A DNA stretch of 64,000 nucleotides from Candidatus Micrarchaeia archaeon (GTDB taxonomy: Archaea > Micrarchaeota > Micrarchaeia > Micrarchaeales > CABMGC01), in NCBI GenBank assembly GCA_049964835.1, contig JBMFWW010000001.1, positions 84,942 through 148,941 of the forward strand, given 5' to 3'. The notes under the pieces are model-generated. The model ran no database searches, was not told where the DNA came from, and worked only from the letters and a program-made list of their open reading frames with translations. The translations under genes were made by a program, and so were the position numbers. Numbering within the stretch: position 1 is the stretch's first letter; each line of letters starts with the position of its first letter. Shown one piece after another: positions 1 to 8,771 of the stretch.

Positions 1-52
1 TCCATAGAAGAATTCAGTTTTTTCTTTATTTTGATACTGTCGTTTTTTCGGT

Positions 53-235
53 ATGGTTCTAACTCCAATAGTTATTAATACTGGCGCTGAAGAAAATGTT
101 TTTTTTCAATATTCGTTGTCAAATCCTACTATAGGCCAGGAAATATTTGGTGAAGTATGGATAGAATTTACAGTTCCTGGCTCATCAACAAATTTATTCA
201 AAGAGATAGTAACATTAAGCGTGAAGTATCAATAA
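53..235 (+). CDS. Short ORF or gene fragment, beta-rich, possibly the C-terminus of a surface/pilin-like protein
   Basis: 60-aa ORF; in-frame stops just upstream (5-7, 32-34), so it may be a remnant. Confidence 0.3.
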   Translation: MVLTPIVINTGAEENVFFQYSLSNPTIGQEIFGEVWIEFTVPGSSTNLFKEIVTLSVKYQ

Positions 236-453
236 TAAAAAACACAACTTATTTTTTATTCTTTTTAAATCCTTTTTTACATGTGGTTTGTAAATATATC
301 TGATTTATGTATAAAGTAGTTGTAGAGATAAAAATCAAATAATAATCACAATGCTAACTGTGTAACATAGTCGACTAGTTAACTACAAAAACTTATGGCT
401 TTTGCAAAGGTTTATATTTTTAAACAACAAACAATATTTGTTAATCATAACTA

Positions 454-526
454 GCGAGCGTAGTCTAGCCTGGTAGGACTTTGCCTTGCCAAGGCAAGAA
501 CCCGGGTCCAAATCCCGGCGCTCGCA
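454..526 (+). tRNA. tRNA-Gly(GCC)
   Basis: Acceptor GCGAGCG/CGCTCGC+A; anticodon arm TTGCC-TTGCCAA-GGCAA; T-arm CCGGG-TCCAAAT-CCCGG; no encoded CCA. Confidence 0.95.
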
Positions 527-533
527 CATATGT

Positions 534-1448
534 CTATTCAAATGGCATGGCTGTCTGATTTATCTCACCTTTATAGGGTGTATTTCCTACAGTTATTACA
601 AATGGCTTGACTCCTCCTCCGCATGGTCCGTCAACATATACCAAATAGCTTTCATTTGTTGCCGTATTGTTTGCATATAACTCCAAATTGAAGTTAATAC
701 TTTTATTTTCTCCTATTGTGAAGTTGTTTTGATTGAATTTATAGTATACTCCTGAATTCGTACTAAAATCAAAATTTGCATTTACTTTAGTTATGTATAC
801 AAAATGGCTTCTAGTATAAAGTGTAGGATTACTTTCATTTAGTACATTCGTAAATCTTTCATTAATATTTAAGTTTAAGACCGAATTTCTATTAAGCAAA
901 AATTCTCTATATACTGATCCAGATGAAGAATTCACTAAATAAGTGTTATAAGTATTTGCATTTGTTATACTGCCATTTAAATTGTAGAATAAAAATGGAC
1001 AAGCCATAATACTTGACGAAGTTCTAACTGTAATAGTGGTAAAATTATTATTTACTGCAAAGTTAGAAATAGTACTTGTACTATTAGATGTGTTGATTAT
1101 AGCTGTAGTATATATTCCGTTTGTTGTAATTATAGTTTTTATACCTAAATTATTAGTTGCAAAAAATATGTATGTCATAATTGCTATTATAGCTATTACA
1201 ATTATAACTACAGCTGCGCCAATATACTTTATAAATAAATTATTGTTTGTGTTTATTTTGTAATATGTAACTCTTTTATAATATTCATTGTCTATTTTTT
1301 CTATTGCCCCCGTCTTACATAACTCTGCAATATGTTGACTTACCGTTGCGTGTGATAAATTAAGTTTATTAGATATCTCACTAACGCTCATCTTCTGTTT
1401 TTTTAGTAATTCAAGTATCTTTTTTTTAGTTTCAAAAGTTTTTCCCAT
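534..1448 (-). CDS. Membrane-anchored ArsR-type winged-helix regulator with an extracytoplasmic domain
   Basis: N-terminal wHTH (KKILELL...SVSEIS..LNLSHATVSQHIAEL..TGAIE), one TM helix, T/S/N-rich linker, beta-rich C-domain. Confidence 0.75.
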   Translation of the reverse strand: MGKTFETKKKILELLKKQKMSVSEISNKLNLSHATVSQHIAELCKTGAIEKIDNEYYKRVTYYKINTNNNLFIKYIGAAVVIIVIAIIAIMTYIFFATNNLGIKTIITTNGIYTTAIINTSNSTSTISNFAVNNNFTTITVRTSSSIMACPFLFYNLNGSITNANTYNTYLVNSSSGSVYREFLLNRNSVLNLNINERFTNVLNESNPTLYTRSHFVYITKVNANFDFSTNSGVYYKFNQNNFTIGENKSINFNLELYANNTATNESYLVYVDGPCGGGVKPFVITVGNTPYKGEINQTAMPFE

Positions 1449-1603
1449 TTTAACACAAAAATACTTTAACGAAATAAATATAAATTGTTTTTGAAATCCG
1501 TAGGTTTAGTACAGGTTTTTCCTCGTGAAAATAAAAATAGATAAAAATTAATTTAAAATAAAATAAAAAAATAAATTAAACTGTTTATTTAAACATTAAA
1601 TAA

Positions 1604-1897
1604 TCAGTTCTGTTTTTCTCCTATTGCAAATCTTGCTCTTACTTCAGTTATTTTTACTTTGACGTTTTCACCTTGTTTTGCATCTTTTATGAAAACAACG
1701 TATCCGTCTTTCTTTGCTATTCCGTCACCTTTAGAAGCCATAGCTTCAACAGTTAATTCTAACTCATCGCCGACCTTAACTGGCTTAGGAAGGAAGTAAT
1801 TTGGCTTCATGCCTGGTCTTCCTCCTCTCTGTCTATCTCTTCTTTCTCCGCTTTCCATGTTATTTCTTTCTTCTTTTCCTTCAAATTCTTCTGACAT
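1604..1897 (-). CDS. Single TRAM-domain RNA-binding protein
   Basis: PVKVGDELELTVE...GDGIAKKDGYVVFI...GENVKVKITEVRARFAIGE. Confidence 0.9.
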   Translation of the reverse strand: MSEEFEGKEERNNMESGERRDRQRGGRPGMKPNYFLPKPVKVGDELELTVEAMASKGDGIAKKDGYVVFIKDAKQGENVKVKITEVRARFAIGEKQN

Positions 1898-2100
1898 TTT
1901 ATTTCCTCTGTAGAATCAGCAATTGCTTTACTACATACTTATATTTTGTTGTTATCCTTTATAAATTTATCTATAAAAGCTCAAATATACAGTTTTTGAT
2001 AAAAATTAGAAATTAACTTATTTTTATAAAAAAATTTAAAAATTTAAATTTATACAAAAGATTTAAATACTAATTTTTTTATAATACTATTGGTGGGTAA

Positions 2101-2721
2101 TTGGCGGCGACAGCATTAAAACATAGAGAACTTGTAGAATCTGAAGATTTTTTGAAGCAGTATTATAAAGGAAGAAGAGAATTTTCAGATGTTATTGTTG
2201 ATGGCGGTAAGTTTGAGGTATGCACTGGCAACGCAGTAAGTATTCCAATACTTTTGAAAGATATAAAAATTTTAAATAGTACATTTAAAAAAGTAATTTT
2301 TAATAATATACACCTAATTAACTCCAGAATTTCTGGATCTACATTCAAAGAATCATTTTTTTTAAGTTCAAAATTCAGTAATGTTGATGGAAATTTTTCT
2401 TCATTTATAGATACTAAAATGTATAACTCTGAAATAGATTATCTTAATTTAAGCTATTCTAAAATGGATGGATTTACAATAGAAGTTTCAAAGATAAATT
2501 GGGGTGGATTGATACTTTCAAATTCAGATATAACTTCTTTAAAAATATCTGATCCTAATCTGGGCAATTCTGGTCTTCAAAATATAATAATAGGTGAGAA
2601 AACTATCATGACCAAGGAGCAGGCAGAATATTTAGAAAAAGCACAAATTAAGTCAAGAGATGTTGTAATAATGCCTAAAACCAGATTACTTTCTTTGAAA
2701 AGAGGAAGTACTAACTACTAA
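2101..2721 (+). CDS. Pentapeptide-repeat-like protein
   Basis: FLKQYYKGRREFS resembles the pentapeptide-repeat N-cap; 5-residue periodicity (STFKK/STFKE/SKFSN/SSFID); GGTG-N5-TTG start. Confidence 0.65.
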   Translation: MAATALKHRELVESEDFLKQYYKGRREFSDVIVDGGKFEVCTGNAVSIPILLKDIKILNSTFKKVIFNNIHLINSRISGSTFKESFFLSSKFSNVDGNFSSFIDTKMYNSEIDYLNLSYSKMDGFTIEVSKINWGGLILSNSDITSLKISDPNLGNSGLQNIIIGEKTIMTKEQAEYLEKAQIKSRDVVIMPKTRLLSLKRGSTNY

Positions 2722-2729
2722 TAAATAAT

Positions 2730-3386
2730 TTATAACAAGTCTTTATAAAATGACTCTAAGTTCTTATACAAGAAAGTGGGATTTAATTTTTTAACCCTAT
2801 TATATGGTTCTAATCCATCTCCCACTATACACGAATCAATATTTGCAAATTTAGCGGCCATTATATCCGATATAGTATCGCCAATATAAACAACATTTTC
2901 CTTTTTTATTTTATATTTATCAATTATATAAAGTATGCCCCTGGGATCCGGCTTATACGCATTAATGCTACTCGCACTAAGTATGAAATCAAAGTATTCT
3001 GTCATCTTCAAATTGCGCAGCTCATTCATTAATCTATAACTATTGGAATCACTAAATAATGTGACTGTTTTATTTTTTTTGTTTAGCAATTTTAACAGTT
3101 CAATAGAACTTCTCTTTAATTTAGGTTTATAAAAGTAAGCATATAAATCATAAAACGAGGAAAAAAATTTGTCTGTGTCATCTTTAAGTTCTAGCTTTAA
3201 TGTTTTGTTCTTCATGCCTTTATAGTAATCTTCATTTTTTTCTATATTTTTTATATTATAATTTTTTCTTAGTAATCTAGATACTGCAACTATCAGTGTT
3301 GAAGTGCTAAGTGTACCATCCCAGTCAAATATGAATAACTTCTTATCTTCTAATTCAGACATAGTGTTAATAATGTTATTAATCAA
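2730..3386 (-). CDS. HAD-family hydrolase (phosphoglycolate phosphatase-like)
   Basis: FDWDGTL motif I, KPDP, YIGDTISD motif IV; real start may be the ATG at 3362. Confidence 0.9.
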   Translation of the reverse strand: MINNIINTMSELEDKKLFIFDWDGTLSTSTLIVAVSRLLRKNYNIKNIEKNEDYYKGMKNKTLKLELKDDTDKFFSSFYDLYAYFYKPKLKRSSIELLKLLNKKNKTVTLFSDSNSYRLMNELRNLKMTEYFDFILSASSINAYKPDPRGILYIIDKYKIKKENVVYIGDTISDIMAAKFANIDSCIVGDGLEPYNRVKKLNPTFLYKNLESFYKDLL

Positions 3387-3397
3387 TAAAAAGCTAT

Positions 3398-3455
3398 ATG
3401 ATGATATCTGGTGATCGCTGAGCTTTATTGCGATGAAGACAGGTAGGCGGTCTGA
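3398..3455 (+). ncRNA. C/D box guide sRNA
   Basis: Box C ATGATGA (3398-3404), 13-nt guide, D' CTGA (3418-3421), C' GCGATGA (3430-3436), 15-nt guide, D CTGA (3452-3455); canonical size; intergenic. Confidence 0.8.
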
Positions 3456-3475
3456 TAAAAATTTGGAGGTCTAAG

Positions 3476-4360
3476 ATGGGAAAAACCAGTGCCTTAACTA
3501 GATTAAAGAAAACGAGTATCTCGGTAAAGGATATAGCTAGCCAGCTCTGGTGTGAAAAGCAAATGGAGCTATTCATAACAACTGGTGGCTACACAACTCC
3601 TGCCATGGAGAAGGGCTCTGCCATGCATAATAACTTGCAGGCACAGGTATTCAAAGCTCTCCCTATAGAACCAATCTCATACGGAGATAGATTATTCAAA
3701 TGGGCATTTGAGACTTACACAAGCATAAGCAATATTTATAAAGAAGGTTATGCAAGAGAGCTTAAGATTTACGGTTCTATAAATGGTTTTAAGGTTTCAG
3801 GTCAAATAGATGAATTAAGAATACAGGATAATAAATTAATAATAGTAGAAGACAAAACAATTAAAAATGACAATAAAGGAAGCGTAATAAGTCTTCGTTT
3901 TGATGCAGATAAACTTCAGGCTAATATCTACGGTCTTCTTTTAGGCGATATAAAAAATAAAAATTATACTTTTGATAATTTCGCCAACTCTTTTGGAATA
4001 GACAAATTAAACATGTCAAAAGAATTTTTATCCGGTCTTGATTCTCTTGGACTAAAGAAGGAAAATCAAGATTTATCTAGGATTTATAAATTGATGTTCG
4101 ATTCTTATGTGTCGTTGCCAGCACTTTCAGATTTAATAAAAATAAGATATATGGATCGAGAAACAAAAAGTATAATATCAGAATTAGATATAAAATATTC
4201 AAAAGACGAAGTGAGTAAGGATCTTGTGTCTCTGATGGGATACTGGTCTGGAGATAGAGAGGCAATGCCTGTACCAGAAGATAAAAAATGGAGATGCAAG
4301 TACTGCAAGTTTTTTGGCAATAAATGCACAACCTGGTGGGTAGGCGAGCAAACTAAGTAA
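3476..4360 (+). CDS. Exonuclease V (Exo5)-like PD-(D/E)xK nuclease with a 4-Cys Fe-S staple
   Basis: SVKD...WCEKQ; G..MH; GQIDEL; VEDKT; QANIY; C-terminal CKYCKFFGNKC. Confidence 0.8.
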   Translation: MGKTSALTRLKKTSISVKDIASQLWCEKQMELFITTGGYTTPAMEKGSAMHNNLQAQVFKALPIEPISYGDRLFKWAFETYTSISNIYKEGYARELKIYGSINGFKVSGQIDELRIQDNKLIIVEDKTIKNDNKGSVISLRFDADKLQANIYGLLLGDIKNKNYTFDNFANSFGIDKLNMSKEFLSGLDSLGLKKENQDLSRIYKLMFDSYVSLPALSDLIKIRYMDRETKSIISELDIKYSKDEVSKDLVSLMGYWSGDREAMPVPEDKKWRCKYCKFFGNKCTTWWVGEQTK

Positions 4361-4457
4361 AAGAAATCAAATAACGTGTATATTTATAATTTATAACTAT
4401 TAATAATATATCTTGTAATTATACTTAATTAATAATATTTTTATAGAAGGTGTAGAT

Positions 4458-7139
4458 TTGTTAGAAGGAATAAAACTTGATAAAAAAGAGCTAAGGAAAG
4501 AGTTTTCAAAACATCCGGATGTTTACTACTTAACTAAAGTTTTCAAAGAAAATAATTTTGAAAGATATACCTGTAAAATATGTGGGAAAAACTTTTGGAG
4601 CACACAAAAAAGGGATACTTGTGAAGATCCAGAACATACTGAATACTCATTCTTTAAAAATAAACCAACTCCAATATCTTATGTTGATATGTGGAAAAAG
4701 TTCTCAAAATTTTTTGAAGAAAATGGACACACTACTATTAAAAGGTACCCCGTAGTAAGTAGATGGAGACAAGACCTTTATTTTACTATAGCGAGTATTC
4801 AAGACTTTCAGAGAATAGAAAACGGTTCAATGAACTTTGAATATAATGCTAATCCTTTGATAGTTCCACAGATATGTTTGCGTTTTGGAGATATAGAAAA
4901 TGTCGGTATAACTGGCAGGCATATGACTAGCTTTATGATGGCAGGTCAACATGCATTTAATTATCCTAAAGAAGGTTATTGGAGAGACAGAACAATAGAG
5001 CTTGATTATAAATTCTTAACAAATATACTTGGCGTAAAAAAAGAAGATCTTATTTATAACGAGGATGTTTGGGCCATGGGAGACTTTTCTGAATTTGGTC
5101 CATGCTTAGAAGGTTTTTCAAACGGACTAGAACTCGTAAACAATGTATTTACACAGTTTGAGAGTACTAACAATAAAATAAAAGAGTTAAGTTCACAGGT
5201 AGTTGATGTAGGTTGGGGTTTTGAAAGATTACTATGGTTTTATACTGGTTTTGATAATGTATACGAAGCAGTTTTCCATGACATAATAGAAAAAACAAAA
5301 AGAAAACTTCCATTTGAAATGGATACTCAATTATTTAGAAGATTTGCTAAATATGCAAGTGAACTAGATGTTACAGAGACTTCGGAATATCAAAAATTAG
5401 AAACTAATATACTAAAGAAAGCAGAAATAACTAAAGAACAATACCTAAAAGAGATAAAGCCAATGCAGGCATTTTACGCAATACTTGACCATACGCGTAC
5501 GCTTCTTTTTGGCATATCTGACGGTGCCTTGCCGTCTAATATAGGTGGTGGTTACAATTTGCGTGTAATACTTAGGAGAGCAATAGCCTTTATCAAAGAG
5601 TACGAAATGGATATTACTATAACTGACATAGCAAAAAGGCAGGCAAATGAACTTAAGGAGTTGTATCCAGAACTTGAAGAAAATTTAGATATACTCAATA
5701 AGGTTGTAGATGTAGAGTATAAAAGATATGAAACTTCAGTAGCCAACTCCGGTAAAATAATAACCAATATGCTTTCAAAGAAATCAAAAATAACAAAGGA
5801 AGAGTTAAGAGTATTATATGAAAGCAACGGTGTAACTCCAGAATTAATTAACTCCGTAGCACAAGCAGAAAATAAAAAGATAGAGCTTCCTGATGGCGCA
5901 TACGAGGATATAATAAAGGGAGATTTCGCAGCAAAAGAAAAAACAAGCAAGATAGATTTTGAAGTACCTGAGGGAATAGAAAAAACCCAACAGCTTTATT
6001 ATGAATTTAAAACAGAATCACATTCAAAGATACTATTTTCAAAGGGCAAATACATAATTCTTGATAAAACACCTTTTTATCCAGAGGGGGGCGGACAAGC
6101 TGCCGATCACGGCACAATTGATGATCTTGAAGTTTATGATGTACAAAAAGTTGGCAATGTTATAGTACATATTCTTAAAGATGAAAGCAAAAATCATTTG
6201 AAAAAGGAAAATGCAGCTATTTGCAAAGTTGACTTGAATAGGAGAAGAAAGTTAATGGCTCATCATACTGCAACTCATTTAATAAGTGCAGCTGCAAGAA
6301 AAATACTTGGAAAACACGCTTGGCAAGAAGGAGCTAAAAAAGAAGAGAATAAGGCCCATATAGATATAGCCCACTATGAAAAACTAACCGATTCTGAAGT
6401 TAAAAGTATTGAAGATTATGCAAATAATTTGCTTTTCAATGGCATAATTGTGACTGTGAAAGAGATGAGTAGAGCGGACGCAGAGACAGAATATGGCTTT
6501 ACAATATACCAAGGACACGGTGTTCCAGCAAAGAAAATGCGAATAATAGTTATTACTGATAAAAATAATAATCTTATAGATGCTGAAGCCTGTGGAGGTT
6601 TACATGTAGTTTCCCATGAAAGTTCAATAGGTCTAATAAAAATAATAAATACTTCTAGAATACATGATGGCGTTGATAGAATAGAGTTTGTTGCAGGAGA
6701 GGCAGCACTTCACGAGTTTCAAAAAGAACACAATGAATTAATTAGTTCAGCATTATTTATGAATTCTGATTATAATTCGTTAAACGAAAAAATAGTAAAA
6801 CTGAAAAATGATTACCTATCAATGGCGAAGACATTAAGACTTAAAGATGAAGAGATTGCAGTTCTTATCTCAAAACAACTTTTATCTGAAATAAAAGATG
6901 ACACCGATACTATAATACTAGAAAGAACAGAAAACAGAGACGTTCTAAGAAAAGTACTATCTTACATAATAAAAGAAAGACCATCCCTTACAATACTTGC
7001 AAAAAATATAGATAATGAGGTAGTATGCTTCTCTGGCCAAAATTCAAAGTATACTGCATTAGAGTTTGCAAAAAAAACTTATGGAGAAAATTTCAAAGGC
7101 GGTGGCTCTAAAATATCTGCCGAAGGAGTACTTAAATAG
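4458..7139 (+). CDS. alaS: Alanine--tRNA ligase, archaeal type
   Basis: CKICGKNFW; RYPVVSRWRQDLYFTIASI; editing motifs HHTATH and ACGGLH; C-terminal GGGS; GGTG-N5-TTG start. Confidence 0.97.
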   Translation: MLEGIKLDKKELRKEFSKHPDVYYLTKVFKENNFERYTCKICGKNFWSTQKRDTCEDPEHTEYSFFKNKPTPISYVDMWKKFSKFFEENGHTTIKRYPVVSRWRQDLYFTIASIQDFQRIENGSMNFEYNANPLIVPQICLRFGDIENVGITGRHMTSFMMAGQHAFNYPKEGYWRDRTIELDYKFLTNILGVKKEDLIYNEDVWAMGDFSEFGPCLEGFSNGLELVNNVFTQFESTNNKIKELSSQVVDVGWGFERLLWFYTGFDNVYEAVFHDIIEKTKRKLPFEMDTQLFRRFAKYASELDVTETSEYQKLETNILKKAEITKEQYLKEIKPMQAFYAILDHTRTLLFGISDGALPSNIGGGYNLRVILRRAIAFIKEYEMDITITDIAKRQANELKELYPELEENLDILNKVVDVEYKRYETSVANSGKIITNMLSKKSKITKEELRVLYESNGVTPELINSVAQAENKKIELPDGAYEDIIKGDFAAKEKTSKIDFEVPEGIEKTQQLYYEFKTESHSKILFSKGKYIILDKTPFYPEGGGQAADHGTIDDLEVYDVQKVGNVIVHILKDESKNHLKKENAAICKVDLNRRRKLMAHHTATHLISAAARKILGKHAWQEGAKKEENKAHIDIAHYEKLTDSEVKSIEDYANNLLFNGIIVTVKEMSRADAETEYGFTIYQGHGVPAKKMRIIVITDKNNNLIDAEACGGLHVVSHESSIGLIKIINTSRIHDGVDRIEFVAGEAALHEFQKEHNELISSALFMNSDYNSLNEKIVKLKNDYLSMAKTLRLKDEEIAVLISKQLLSEIKDDTDTIILERTENRDVLRKVLSYIIKERPSLTILAKNIDNEVVCFSGQNSKYTALEFAKKTYGENFKGGGSKISAEGVLK

Positions 7140-7654
7140 TGAATTATTTGAATATATATCAGATTATTTATACAATAATTCTGTTTCCAATATTTTACAT
7201 ATTTCCAGCATACGTAGCTAATGGCGCTCCCGTAATATTTGGTGGTGGAAAACCAATAGATATGGGCAAAAAATTTAGAAATAAACCAATATTTGGAAAA
7301 CACAAAACTATCCGAGGCTTTGTTTTTGGAATACTATCTGGAGTTTTGATAGGTGCACTTGAGTCCTTAATACTGCCTCAAATGTTTATTATAGGTATAG
7401 CATTAAGCATTGGTACTTTACTTGGAGATATGCTTGGAAGTTTTATAAAAAGGCAGATTGGGTATAAAGAAGGCAAAGACGTTTTTCTTATGGACCAATA
7501 TCTTTTTCTTATAGTTGCATTAATGTTTGCATTTCCTTTAGGCAGTACTCCTAGTATATATGGAATAATATTTATACTTCTTTTAACTGGGGTTCTGCAT
7601 AAAACAACAAATCTTATTGCACATAAAGCAAAGTTAAAAGAAGTTCCTTGGTAA
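7139..7654 (+). CDS. carS: CDP-archaeol synthase
   Basis: PAYVANGAPV, PIDMG, FGKHKTIRG, GDMLGSFIKRQ, DQ, C-terminal LKEVPW. Confidence 0.92.
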   Translation: MNYLNIYQIIYTIILFPIFYIFPAYVANGAPVIFGGGKPIDMGKKFRNKPIFGKHKTIRGFVFGILSGVLIGALESLILPQMFIIGIALSIGTLLGDMLGSFIKRQIGYKEGKDVFLMDQYLFLIVALMFAFPLGSTPSIYGIIFILLLTGVLHKTTNLIAHKAKLKEVPW

Positions 7655-7706
7655 TAAATCAAAATACTAATTAAGTTATTATTCGTTTTGTTCTAAAAGT
7701 AAAAAC

Positions 7707-8770
7707 ATGCACCATTACACCGAATTACCATTACATAATGGAAATGCACCACGATGGCTATTTGAAAGAATGGTAAAGTTAGGCAGGGAGATAAGTCTTG
7801 TAATAATAGACGAATTTGGACCTGATGAATTTATAAATAGACTTTCTGATGCGGTATGGTTTCAAGCATTATCCTGTGCTTTAGGTTATGATTGGCATAG
7901 CAGCGGCACAACGACGGTCACAATGGGTGTTCTAAAAGAAGCACTCAATAGTACCGGTGAGATTTTTATAGCTGGAGGAAAGGGTAAAGTCGGTCTTAGG
8001 ACTCCTCAAGAAATAGAAAAAGGAGTAGATATACTTTCAATACCCGGTAGCGATGAAAATTTTAAAATGTTGAGTAGATTATCTGCAAAAATAGATTCAG
8101 CTTTAGTATATGATAATATTGGTATTTATCATCATACTTTTATTTTTTCAAAGAATAAAAAATGGGCAGTAATACAGCAGGCCATAGACTCTAAAAATAA
8201 GAAAGCAATAAGGTTTCAGTGGAATTCAGATATAGTAAGTGAAAATGATCTTGCAGATGAGCCTCATTCTGCAATAATATCCGATTTGCATAATAAAACA
8301 CTAAACTTAACAAATAAAGACAATAACTGGGCAAGATCTGGTTCTCTAGACGCAATAAAAGAGTTTCCATACTACTCAAAAGAGTTAAGCATTACAAGGT
8401 ATCCAAGCAGACACGATATTGTACCTAAACTAGATATTAGTAAAAGAGGGAGTGATGCAATAAAGATAGCAAGTGATATAAATCCAAGTACATACAATGA
8501 GCTTCTTCTAATAAAAGGTATGGGTCGTTCAACATTACGATCTTTAGCTTTTATAGCTAGTCTTATTTATGATAAAGAGTTGTCATATAAAGATCCGGTA
8601 ATGTACTCATACAATCTAGGGGAAAAGATGGCATACCTTTTCCTATTAATACTCAGATCTATGATTCAGTTATAGATGCTCTTAAAAATGCAGTTGATTC
8701 TGCAAAGATAGAAAAAGAGGAAAAGTACAAAGCATTAAGACGTTTATCGCAAGTCTTTTTGCGCATTTGA
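7707..8770 (+). pseudogene. DUF763-family protein with a 1-nt frameshift at the G4 run 8619-8622
   Basis: LPLHNGNAPRWLF, GYDWHSSGTTT, AGGKG; conserved GGKDGxPFP and the C-terminus continue in the -1 frame to TGA at 8768-8770. Confidence 0.85.
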
Positions 8771-8771
8771 A

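Noticed and set aside
368..385. Overlapping palindromes TAGTCGACTA / TAGTTAACTA upstream of tRNA-Gly
   Set aside because: Short, single occurrence; cannot be distinguished from chance
3476..4360. Cas4 / CRISPR adaptation locus
   Set aside because: No cas1, cas2 or repeat-spacer array in the window; motifs fit an Exo5-like solo nuclease
5552..5950. Antisense ORFs of 60-150 aa here and throughout the track (e.g. 15285-15728, 17886-18329, 28437-28790)
   Set aside because: Shadow frames of well-supported genes on the opposite strand, with no motifs of their own
7137..7141. Stop-codon readthrough fusing AlaRS to CarS
   Set aside because: The two genes are in different frames; this is an ordinary 1-nt stop/start overlap
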